Both the position numbers and the translations under genes were made by a program. From Gemmatimonadaceae bacterium (GTDB lineage: Bacteria; Gemmatimonadota; Gemmatimonadetes; Gemmatimonadales; Gemmatimonadaceae): a stretch of 64,000 bases of DNA. The stretch lies in contig JBHYGA010000005.1 in NCBI GenBank assembly GCA_051859245.1, forward strand, positions 256,001 to 320,000, given 5' to 3'. The notes under the pieces were generated by a model. It ran no database searches and was not told the DNA's origin. It worked only from the letters and a program-made list of their open reading frames with translations. Positions 1 to 8,195 of this stretch are shown here, in pieces (position 1 is the first letter of the stretch; each line of letters starts with the position of its first letter).

Positions 1-3
1 CCG

Positions 4-762
4 ATGCCATTGCGTGTGCGCGTCTTCAGCACGATGAACGCGCCGGGACCGCTCGCACAATTTCTCACGGTGTCGTTGTTGATCGTGTTGGCGTTACGCA
101 CCAAGCTCAAGTGGCCCACGCTCGCCGCCGGGCTGCTGCTCTTGCTGATGACGTTGGCCCGTTCAGCGTGGCTGGGGTTTGCGATTGGCGTCGTGTTGCT
201 GATTGCGCTGGCCCCCAAACCGGCTCGACGCGGCGCCATCGGACTGGTGGCCGCGGTGGTGATCGCGTTGGTGTTCGCGGCGTCTGCGCCGCTGCCAACA
301 GAAATGGCGTCGATTCGCCACACCATCGCCTCTCGCCTCACCACGATTGGTGACTTGTCGTTGGACGACAGCTTTCGTGCCCGCCGCTATCTGATCCCTG
401 CGGTACTGGCCGACATTGGCGAGCAGCCGCTTGGCAGTGGGCTCGGTTCCACTCTGGTGGGCGGCGCGCGCGGGCGGGCGTCGGCGCGCCTCGCCGACCA
501 GGGACTCTATCTCGACAACGGAATCCTGGAAGTGCTTCTGGTCATGGGCTGGGTTGGCGGACTGCTCTTTCTCGGCAGTGCGGTAAGTGCCGCGTACCTC
601 GCGTGGCGCGGGACGCGTGGCCGACCCGAGGGATATGGTTATCTCGCCGGCGCGATGGCGCTGCTCGCGCAGCTGGTAGGGGCGACGGTTTTCACCGGCG
701 TTGGCGGCGCGATGCTTTGGCTGTCGCTGTCGATGGCGATGACGACGGAGGGTCAGACGTGA
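4..762 (+). CDS. O-antigen ligase / Wzy-like polysaccharide polymerase (5'-truncated by window edge)
   Basis: Multi-TM protein with RxxSTMNxPG, TLARSAWLG, PLGSGLGS and DNGILEVL..MGWVG motifs typical of the Wzy_C/WaaL family; stop overlaps the next GTG (GTGA, 759-762). Confidence 0.8.
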   Translation: MPLRVRVFSTMNAPGPLAQFLTVSLLIVLALRTKLKWPTLAAGLLLLLMTLARSAWLGFAIGVVLLIALAPKPARRGAIGLVAAVVIALVFAASAPLPTEMASIRHTIASRLTTIGDLSLDDSFRARRYLIPAVLADIGEQPLGSGLGSTLVGGARGRASARLADQGLYLDNGILEVLLVMGWVGGLLFLGSAVSAAYLAWRGTRGRPEGYGYLAGAMALLAQLVGATVFTGVGGAMLWLSLSMAMTTEGQT

Positions 763-1658
763 CGAAGCCGTCGCTCGTATCCAACGCGCGTACGCGCGTG
801 TCGGCCGTCATTCTCACGCGAAATGAGGAGGCGCTCATTGAGCGCTGTCTGCGCAGCCTTCGCAATGTTGTCGACGACATCATCGTAGTGGACAGCTGCA
901 GCACCGATCGCACCCGCGAGATTGCCGCACACATGGGCGCGCGCGTGGTGCAGCAGCCGTGGCTCGGTTGGATCAGGCAACGAGCGCTCGGCATCGAACG
1001 CGCGCAACACGACTGGGTACTGATACTCGAAGCGGATGAGATCGTGACGCCTCGCCTCGCCGCGTCCATTCGTGCGGCGCTGGCGTCGCAACCCAATCCG
1101 GCAAACGGTTTTTCGGTCGATCGCCGCGACGACTTTCTCGGCGTGCTGCTGCCGAGCATGCGACGCAGGAAAAAGCGCAAAAACTTTGTCAGGCTCTTCA
1201 ACCGAACGCGAAGCGCGTACGACTCGACGCTCATCATCCACGATGAGGTCCGCGTACCTGGACATATCGCTTCGCTCGCTGGCATTCTGATTCACTGGCG
1301 CGGCTTCACGATTGTGCAACAGGTCGCACGCTACACCAACTACGCGCCGCTCGAAGCTGATGTGATGGAGGCCCGAGGCGACCGCGTGAGTGTTGTGAGT
1401 CTCGCTTGGCGACCATTCCTGCGATTTGGCTGGTGCTACGTCATTTGCGGCGGCTTTCGACTCGGCGGTCGCGGTTTTGCGCACGCCCTCATGGTTGCTT
1501 CGTCGGAGTACCTGCGATTCGCTGCAGTCTGGGAGCGCCAGCATGCGCCGGCGACCCTGCACCCGTCCGCCGACGTGGAACGCGCCTACCTGAGCGAACC
1601 GGCGCCCGCGGAACGGCTCGCCTCCACATCTGCTCCCGTCTCCCGAGGCATCGCATGA
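759..1658 (+). CDS. Glycosyltransferase family 2
   Basis: SAVILTRNEE..IERCLRS, IIVVDSCSTDRT, WVLILEADE; GTG at 759 is coupled to the upstream stop. Confidence 0.9.
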   Translation: MTKPSLVSNARTRVSAVILTRNEEALIERCLRSLRNVVDDIIVVDSCSTDRTREIAAHMGARVVQQPWLGWIRQRALGIERAQHDWVLILEADEIVTPRLAASIRAALASQPNPANGFSVDRRDDFLGVLLPSMRRRKKRKNFVRLFNRTRSAYDSTLIIHDEVRVPGHIASLAGILIHWRGFTIVQQVARYTNYAPLEADVMEARGDRVSVVSLAWRPFLRFGWCYVICGGFRLGGRGFAHALMVASSEYLRFAAVWERQHAPATLHPSADVERAYLSEPAPAERLASTSAPVSRGIA

Positions 1659-2848
1659 CCGTGCGAACCCTGTATCTGAATCACTCCGCCACGATGGGAG
1701 GGGCTGAGCAAGGGATGTTTGACCTCGCTTGTCTCAGACGCGACAGCACGCTCGCCGTCCTGCTCGAGGATGGTCCCTTTCGCGAGCGACTGGAACAAGC
1801 TGGTGTGCCGGTGCGCGTGATCAACGCGGGCGCCATGCATGGCGTGCGGCGAGGCAGTCGCCTGCCCAGTACCGCTGCGCTGGCAAGTGTTTGGCGCGCG
1901 GCGCGCGAAGTCGCCGAGATCTCACGCGATTTCGATGTGATGCTCGCCAACTCGCAGAAGGCGTTGATCGTAGGCGCTCTGGCTACGTACCGCACCGACA
2001 CGCCGATGCTGTGGCATCTGCACGACATCATCGCCCCGCCGTATTTCAGTCGCCTCAACATCATGGCGGACGTCATGCTCGCCAACCGGCGCGCGGAACG
2101 CGTGATCGCGGTGTCGCAAGCGACCGCCAAGGCGTTTATCGCGCAGGGCGGAGATGCTGACAAAGTGCATGTCGTCTACAACGGCACGGATGCCGCCCCA
2201 TTGGAAGCGAGTGCAGCGCGTGCGGGCCGCGTGCGCGCCGAGCTTGGACTCAGCGAGGTTCCGCTGGTTGGGTGCTTCAGCAGAATCGCCGAGTGGAAAG
2301 GACAGCACGTACTGCTCGACGCGGTGGCCGAGCTGCCGGGTGTACACGTGCTGATCGTCGGCGGACCACTGTTCAACGAACACGCGTACGAGCAACAACT
2401 ACGCGATCGTGTGCGCGCGCTCGGCATGGAAGACCGCGTGCACTTTCTCGGACATCGCGCCGACGTAGCGGAGCTGCTGCGCAACGTGGACCTCGTGGTG
2501 CATCCGTCGACTGCACCCGAACCGTTTGCCCGCACGTTGATCGAATCGATCTTCGCCGGACACGCGCCAATCGCCTCTGCGTGCGGCGGCGTTCCGGAAC
2601 TGATCGACTCCGGACGTACAGGTTTTCTTTTTCCTCCCGGTGACTCAGAGGCGTTGCGCGCGCTGCTGCGACACCTGCTCGAGCGTCCCGATGTGGTGAT
2701 GCAAGTGGCGACGCGAGCACTCGCCCACGCGTACGAACACTTCGCGCTGCCTGCCTATGCCGCCTCCATGGGGGAGCATCTGCGTGCGGTCGCAGCGTCG
2801 CGTAGCGAAAGCGCCTCTCCACGCAGGCCGCAGGAAGTACTCTCTTGA
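1655..2848 (+). CDS. Glycosyltransferase family 4 (GT-B)
   Basis: GGAEQ, RIAEWKGQHVLL, PEPFARTLIES, GGVPELI motifs; ATGA overlap at 1655-1658. Confidence 0.9.
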   Translation: MTVRTLYLNHSATMGGAEQGMFDLACLRRDSTLAVLLEDGPFRERLEQAGVPVRVINAGAMHGVRRGSRLPSTAALASVWRAAREVAEISRDFDVMLANSQKALIVGALATYRTDTPMLWHLHDIIAPPYFSRLNIMADVMLANRRAERVIAVSQATAKAFIAQGGDADKVHVVYNGTDAAPLEASAARAGRVRAELGLSEVPLVGCFSRIAEWKGQHVLLDAVAELPGVHVLIVGGPLFNEHAYEQQLRDRVRALGMEDRVHFLGHRADVAELLRNVDLVVHPSTAPEPFARTLIESIFAGHAPIASACGGVPELIDSGRTGFLFPPGDSEALRALLRHLLERPDVVMQVATRALAHAYEHFALPAYAASMGEHLRAVAASRSESASPRRPQEVLS

Positions 2849-4044
2849 GAGTCGCTCTGGTGCACGACTATTTCTTCCAGGCCGGCGGCGCCGAGCGAGT
2901 GATGGAAGTGATGCACGAGATGTTTCCTGAAGCCCCGATCTTCACCACGATCGTCAGGCGCAATACGCTGTGGCCGCGCCTGCAGCAGGCCGACATTCGC
3001 ACAAGTTTTCTGCAACCGCTCGCCAATATCGGTGTGTCCGCGCGCGCGCTGCTCCCGTTGTATCCCACCGCAATCGAGTCGCTCGATCTCACGAGCTACG
3101 ATCTGGTCATCAGCAACAGTTCGGCATTCGCGAAGGGAGCACGCGTCCGCCCCGATGCGATGCACATCTGCTATTGTCATACGCCCATGCGCTTCGCCTG
3201 GAAGCAGGAGGCGTACATGCAGCGTGAACGCTTCGGTGCCATGACGCGTTCGGCGCTGCGACCGCTGTTGGCGTACATGCGGAGGTGGGATATGAAAACC
3301 CGCCACCGACCGAATGTCTACCTTGGCAATTCATCTGCGGTGGTCGATCGCATCCGGGACACGTACGGTGTGGAATCCCACCTCATGCACCCGCCGGTTG
3401 ACGTGACGCGCTGTCGTTTTTCAACAACGCGCGACGACTTCTATCTGGTCGTTTCGCGCCTCTCACCCTACAAACGAATCGATCTCGCGGTTGAGGCCTT
3501 CAATCTGCTCGGAAAGCGGCTGATCGTGGTGGGAAGCGGCCCCGATGCGAAGTCGCTGGCACAACTGGCCGGACCGACGGTCACGCTGCGAGGGCGGCTT
3601 TCCGACGACGAAGTCACTGACCTGTACTCTCGGGCGCGCGGCTTCATTCTGCCTGGCGAAGAAGATTTTGGCATCACAACGCTCGAAGCCAGCGCGTCGG
3701 GCGCCCCAGTCATCGCCTACGCGTCCGGCGGCGCGCTCGATACGGTCATCAACGGAAAAACGGGCGTGCATTTCAAGGAGCTCACCGCCAACTCGCTCGC
3801 GGAGGCCGTGCTCCGTGTTGAATCGATCGACTGGGACCGTGAGTTACTGCGTGAGCATGCGGAGAAATTCAGCGAGGCGTCCTTCAAGATCCGCATGGCG
3901 GGAGCGATCACACGCGCCCTCGAGCGAACGCCGTACGCTAGGTATTCGCCCGCCGCGCCAGACCAAAACGCAAGAGCTGGCGCAGTCGGTCACGAAACTG
4001 CCGGACAACAGCGAGCAGCAGCAGCGGCGGAAGCGCGGCGCTGA
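2845..4044 (+). CDS. Glycosyltransferase family 4 (mannosyltransferase-like)
   Basis: RVALVHDY..GGAERV, YCHTPMR, SRLSPYKRID, EEDFGITTLEA; TTG start overlaps the upstream stop. Confidence 0.9.
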   Translation: MRVALVHDYFFQAGGAERVMEVMHEMFPEAPIFTTIVRRNTLWPRLQQADIRTSFLQPLANIGVSARALLPLYPTAIESLDLTSYDLVISNSSAFAKGARVRPDAMHICYCHTPMRFAWKQEAYMQRERFGAMTRSALRPLLAYMRRWDMKTRHRPNVYLGNSSAVVDRIRDTYGVESHLMHPPVDVTRCRFSTTRDDFYLVVSRLSPYKRIDLAVEAFNLLGKRLIVVGSGPDAKSLAQLAGPTVTLRGRLSDDEVTDLYSRARGFILPGEEDFGITTLEASASGAPVIAYASGGALDTVINGKTGVHFKELTANSLAEAVLRVESIDWDRELLREHAEKFSEASFKIRMAGAITRALERTPYARYSPAAPDQNARAGAVGHETAGQQRAAAAAEARR

Positions 4045-5401
4045 CGATGAGCGGCGCATCCGCCAGTCGAAGCGCCAGGTACAGTGCGAGGCTGCAAGCG
4101 GTCGCGATGAACATTCGCAACACGTCATCGCTTCGCTCAGGACGTATGTCTTCCGTCGTCACCAAGCGAAGTGCGGCGATCGGTGCCACATACATGACGG
4201 CGACGGCAATGGCGAGGTCGGTCGATCCAACCGCGCGCAGCACGACGAAGCTGATCCAGCCACCCAAAAGCGCGACGCCTTGTTCTGCGATCGCAGCGGC
4301 GGCGCCGCGCGTGGCGATGGCCGCCGGTTGCATGGACGCCGACGCAACACCATACACTGCATAGGCCACGACGTACCATTGGGCGAGCGTGATCGCGTCG
4401 GTCCAGCGCGGCACGAAATGCGCGACCAACGGCAGGGCACAGATCGAAATCACTGCCATCGGCGCGGCCAATGATGCCGCGCCGACAAGGCACCGCGTGG
4501 ACAGCGTTTGCAGGCTGCGCACGTGGCCGGCAAGGCGGGCCGCCGCGGGCAGCGCTGCGTTGCGAAACCCGTCGAAGGTGACGTTGAGAACTTGCGCCAC
4601 GCGTTCGCCGAATGAATAGAGCCCCGCCACCGGAAGGCCAAACAGCGCGCCAATCAGCACCGGCGTGCCCTGCTCGCGCAGCACCTGGAACGTGGAGCCG
4701 GCAAGAAAGCCCGAGGACTCGCGCGCAATGCCGACGAGCGGGCGCAGGTTGAGCGACGGTCGCGGTCCCGGGGACCAGTAATGCAGCAGCACGTTGGCAC
4801 TGACGGTCGCGAACCCAAGCAGCACGAACACGCCGATCGAAAACTGATTGAGCAACGCGAATACTATGAGCCCAACGTTGAGGATGAGCACGTTGATGAC
4901 ATCAACAATCGCAAGTTTTTCGTAGGAGAGCGATCGCTCCAACCGCGTCTTCGCGCCGGTGCCAAAGGCCAGCGATGTCATCGTGGCGACGGTGCCGAGC
5001 ATGGCCAGGTGCCAGCGCTCGTCAATCGAACCAAAGCCAAGAATCGGGGCGGACCAAAAAGCGCCCAGCGCTACGACAAGCACGCCCACCAACAACTGCA
5101 GTCCGGCCAGTGCCGCGTACTCGGCGCGCGTCGGCTCCTGCGACCGACGGAGCATCGCCTTGCCAATGCCCAGTTCGGCGACGTACTGCAGCAGCGAGAA
5201 GGTGCCTCGCGCTACCGCCAGCAGCCCCAATTCCCTCGGCGATACCAGCGTCAGCAGTAGCAGGTTCGCGACGATACTGATGCCGCGCATCACGGCACCA
5301 CGTATCGTCATGAGCCGCGTGCCGACGCGAGCGCGTTCGAGAATGGTGTCCGAATCGAGCGCGGCGGCCACGGCGTTCGGGCGACCAGTCGTCACGTGCA
5401 T
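3938..5401 (-). CDS. Wzx-like oligosaccharide flippase
   Basis: Many TM segments, LVSPRELGLLA..ELGIGKAMLRR N-terminal motif; lies in the EPS locus. Confidence 0.8.
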   Translation of the reverse strand: MHVTTGRPNAVAAALDSDTILERARVGTRLMTIRGAVMRGISIVANLLLLTLVSPRELGLLAVARGTFSLLQYVAELGIGKAMLRRSQEPTRAEYAALAGLQLLVGVLVVALGAFWSAPILGFGSIDERWHLAMLGTVATMTSLAFGTGAKTRLERSLSYEKLAIVDVINVLILNVGLIVFALLNQFSIGVFVLLGFATVSANVLLHYWSPGPRPSLNLRPLVGIARESSGFLAGSTFQVLREQGTPVLIGALFGLPVAGLYSFGERVAQVLNVTFDGFRNAALPAAARLAGHVRSLQTLSTRCLVGAASLAAPMAVISICALPLVAHFVPRWTDAITLAQWYVVAYAVYGVASASMQPAAIATRGAAAAIAEQGVALLGGWISFVVLRAVGSTDLAIAVAVMYVAPIAALRLVTTEDIRPERSDDVLRMFIATACSLALYLALRLADAPLIVSAALPPLLLLAVVRQFRDRLRQLLRFGLARRANT

Positions 5402-5527
5402 GCAGCGTCAGGATGCGAGTCGGGGCATGCCGTGACAGCCGCACGGCCAACCGTATCCTATCAGCGGGCGCGCGATTTGTTCATTGCCCGAAGGGCCTAC
5501 GTGCTATGCCGGCGGCGGGCACTGTTC

Positions 5528-7555
5528 CTAGTTGACCACTTCCAGCACCAGGGGATGGTCGGGCACGCGTACTCGGATCGTGCGCGCAGCGCGATGCGTC
5601 TCAATCGCATTAGCGCCATCGAGTGGACGGTAGATAGATACCAACGATGGGGGCACGGCGAAGTGCACGTCAACGGCACGCGCAGCGACGGTCACATTCG
5701 TTCGTGTGGTCTCATCGTAGCTGCGGCTGTTCTGCCACAGCACGAGGTAGCGTCGTCCGTCCGCTTTCTCCACAAGCAGACGGTGCACGCCCGCGGTGTC
5801 GCCTGACACGCTGAGGCGGATCGTTCGGGGTGCGAACGCTGCCGCATTACGGTCGCCAAGCAGCGCGATGAGGTTGCGAAGCGCGGTGAAGGCCGGCTTT
5901 CTGCTTCCGTCAATTCGCACCAGGCCGAAGTGAAACTCCATGTCCGAGGGATCAGTCCCCTGGTCCATGAGTTCGTAGGCAAACGAGCGCTGCACCCCGG
6001 CATTGTAGAGCTCGAGGAACTGCCGGAGCGTGTACTTGGCCTGCGCCGCTTCGCTCACCGACCAATGCCACGGATTGCTCGATATCGGAGAGGTGTGATA
6101 ACCCACCTCGGTTGCGACGAGCGGGCGATCTCCCGTAATGGCGCGCACGCCGCTCATGTGAGCGGCGAGGTTCGAACCCGGAATCTTTCCGCCATCGTAC
6201 GGGTGAATCGTCCCGGCGTCCATGAAGTTGCTCAAATCGCCGAGCTTCGCTGCCGCCGCCGTAAAGGCCATCGATGGCCCGAGCACGCGATGGCGAGTCG
6301 ACAGGCTGGGATCGCCCTTCACCAGGCTGTAGAGCGCCCGTTGCAGCGTCGCGGCTTCCTCGCCAAAGTTGCTGCGGCCGGAGAGGTCGTGTTCGTTCAA
6401 TCCTTCCCACGCCACGATGTTTTCTGCGCCGATGCGGTCACGAAGATCGCGAACGTGTGACACGTCGCCATAGTTGGTGCCCGGACCCGAGTCAGTGCGG
6501 CGTGGACTGACAATGATCGTGTACTTCGCGCCGGTCGCCGAGGCAAGCTCGCGCCAGCGACCGTACACCTCGCGCATCCAGTCCTCGTTGGGCAGCGAGG
6601 TCCCTCCGTCGCGCAGGTGGCGGATGCCGAGTTCCTGAAGCCGAGGGATAATGAAGGTTCGAAACTCAGAACCGTAGACGCGGTCGAAGTAGCTGAGATG
6701 GATGTTGACGCCGATAGAAGACACGAAGTCTTCGGCTCGGCTTGGGACCATCGATTCAAAGCGTTGGTAGACAACGCGCAACTGCGTGGTGTCTGCAAGT
6801 CGCCCGAGCGAGGCGACAACGCGGGCAGTGCCTTCGGCGCGAGGAGAAATCCAACCGCCGTCTGCGATGCTGGCGATGTTGGGGTCGAGACTTTTCCAGA
6901 TGACGGCGTCGCGAACGGGCAGGCCGAGCCCGTTGCTGTAGCGCACTGTCGCGTCGAGCCGCGTGCTGTCGCCCGGCGAGAGCGCAGAGGCGTCGCGGCT
7001 CAGCTCAAGAGCCGTTGGGTGCACGCCCGCAAAGGCGATAGTCAGCCCAACGCATACCGCTCGTCCGGCCATTGTACCGATCACCCGGGTGCGACCACGG
7101 TCCAGCGGAATGATCAGATCTCCCTCCGTGCGGGCCACGAGGCTGTCTGCCACCTGCCAGGTGACGGTAGACGCGGCTGGCTCCTTCGACGTGAGCATCG
7201 ATGCCAGACGAACGCTATCCCCGATGATGACGGTGAGTTCCATCCGGGAGTAGGCGTTCGCATTGACAGTGTCGTGTCGACGGACGGCCGGAAGCGGACA
7301 CGCGGGATTGCTGCTCGCTCGCATAACGCTGCGCGGGTCAACGAGTGCGTCAACGACGCTACCGACGCGTGTGCCAACGGCCGCCTCGACCGGTATTGGA
7401 GGCGTGATGTCTGCACAGCCGATCAACAAGCTCGCGACTACGCTCGCGCACACACTCCCGGTGCCAGATCGAAGGATACGCGCCGAACTCCGTTGCTGCA
7501 CCCGCACTTGACACCATCCGCGAAGCGTTCGGTAGCCCGACCGGCATGGCACCAT
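5528..7555 (-). CDS. Lipoprotein with Ig-like (Big_2) repeats and a clan GH-A glycoside hydrolase domain
   Basis: Lipobox LLIGC, two Ig-like repeats (VTWQVADSLVA, VIWKSLDPNIASI), NE acid/base (WEGLNEHD) and TE nucleophile (ATEVGY), FGLVRIDGSRKPAF; start uncertain. Confidence 0.7.
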   Translation of the reverse strand: MVPCRSGYRTLRGWCQVRVQQRSSARILRSGTGSVCASVVASLLIGCADITPPIPVEAAVGTRVGSVVDALVDPRSVMRASSNPACPLPAVRRHDTVNANAYSRMELTVIIGDSVRLASMLTSKEPAASTVTWQVADSLVARTEGDLIIPLDRGRTRVIGTMAGRAVCVGLTIAFAGVHPTALELSRDASALSPGDSTRLDATVRYSNGLGLPVRDAVIWKSLDPNIASIADGGWISPRAEGTARVVASLGRLADTTQLRVVYQRFESMVPSRAEDFVSSIGVNIHLSYFDRVYGSEFRTFIIPRLQELGIRHLRDGGTSLPNEDWMREVYGRWRELASATGAKYTIIVSPRRTDSGPGTNYGDVSHVRDLRDRIGAENIVAWEGLNEHDLSGRSNFGEEAATLQRALYSLVKGDPSLSTRHRVLGPSMAFTAAAAKLGDLSNFMDAGTIHPYDGGKIPGSNLAAHMSGVRAITGDRPLVATEVGYHTSPISSNPWHWSVSEAAQAKYTLRQFLELYNAGVQRSFAYELMDQGTDPSDMEFHFGLVRIDGSRKPAFTALRNLIALLGDRNAAAFAPRTIRLSVSGDTAGVHRLLVEKADGRRYLVLWQNSRSYDETTRTNVTVAARAVDVHFAVPPSLVSIYRPLDGANAIETHRAARTIRVRVPDHPLVLEVVN

Positions 7556-7820
7556 GTCGGTGCGTTAGCCTCGAGGCTTTGCGTCGCCGGCTTTCGCCGA
7601 CTTTGCGTTTGTCGCGCTCGTCTGTGCGGTCTGTCGACCGCATCATGACAGCTCACTGTTGACGAGTGTGGAGATGTGCCGTAACCGGGGGCGTGTCGCG
7701 TTGCAGGTTATGTCTCGACAGGGCATCGCGCAGCGAAGTTGGCGTCTTGGAGGGTGAACGGCGCCGCCTGCGCATGTCCAAGGCTCCTGAAACCGCCATG
7801 AGCACCTCCCCGTACGCTCC

Positions 7821-7834
7821 TCTAGCCAGCTAGA
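7821..7834. promoter_or_regulatory. Palindrome TCTAGC-CA-GCTAGA upstream of padR; candidate PadR operator
   Basis: Perfect 6-bp inverted repeat ending about 25 bp upstream of the PadR ATG. Confidence 0.45.
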
Positions 7835-7859
7835 CGAGCCACGTCCCACCCCGCCATGC

Positions 7860-8195
7860 ATGTCCCCCCGCCCGCAGTCCGACGCCCTCCGCGGCTCGCT
7901 CGACCTCCTCGTGCTCAAAACGCTCTCTCTCGAACCCATGCACGGGTGGGGAATCGGTCAGCGCGTCGAGCAAATCTCCAATGGCGCGCTCGAGGTTAAC
8001 CAAGGATCGCTGTACCCCGCGCTCCAGCGACTCGAGAAGGAAGGGCTCATTACCAGCGAGTGGCGCGCGAGCGAAAACGGCCGTCGTGCGCGCTATTACC
8101 AGCTCACCGAGTCGGGGCATCGCGCGCTGGGCACAGAGCTTGAGAACTGGCGGCGATTCACTTCAGGGCTTGAAGCGGTTCTGAGGACCACGTGA
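7860..8195 (+). CDS. PadR-family transcriptional regulator (acidobacterial type)
   Basis: GSLDLLVLKTL..MHGWGI..NQGSLYPALQRLE..W..SENGRRARYY. Confidence 0.93.
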   Translation: MSPRPQSDALRGSLDLLVLKTLSLEPMHGWGIGQRVEQISNGALEVNQGSLYPALQRLEKEGLITSEWRASENGRRARYYQLTESGHRALGTELENWRRFTSGLEAVLRTT

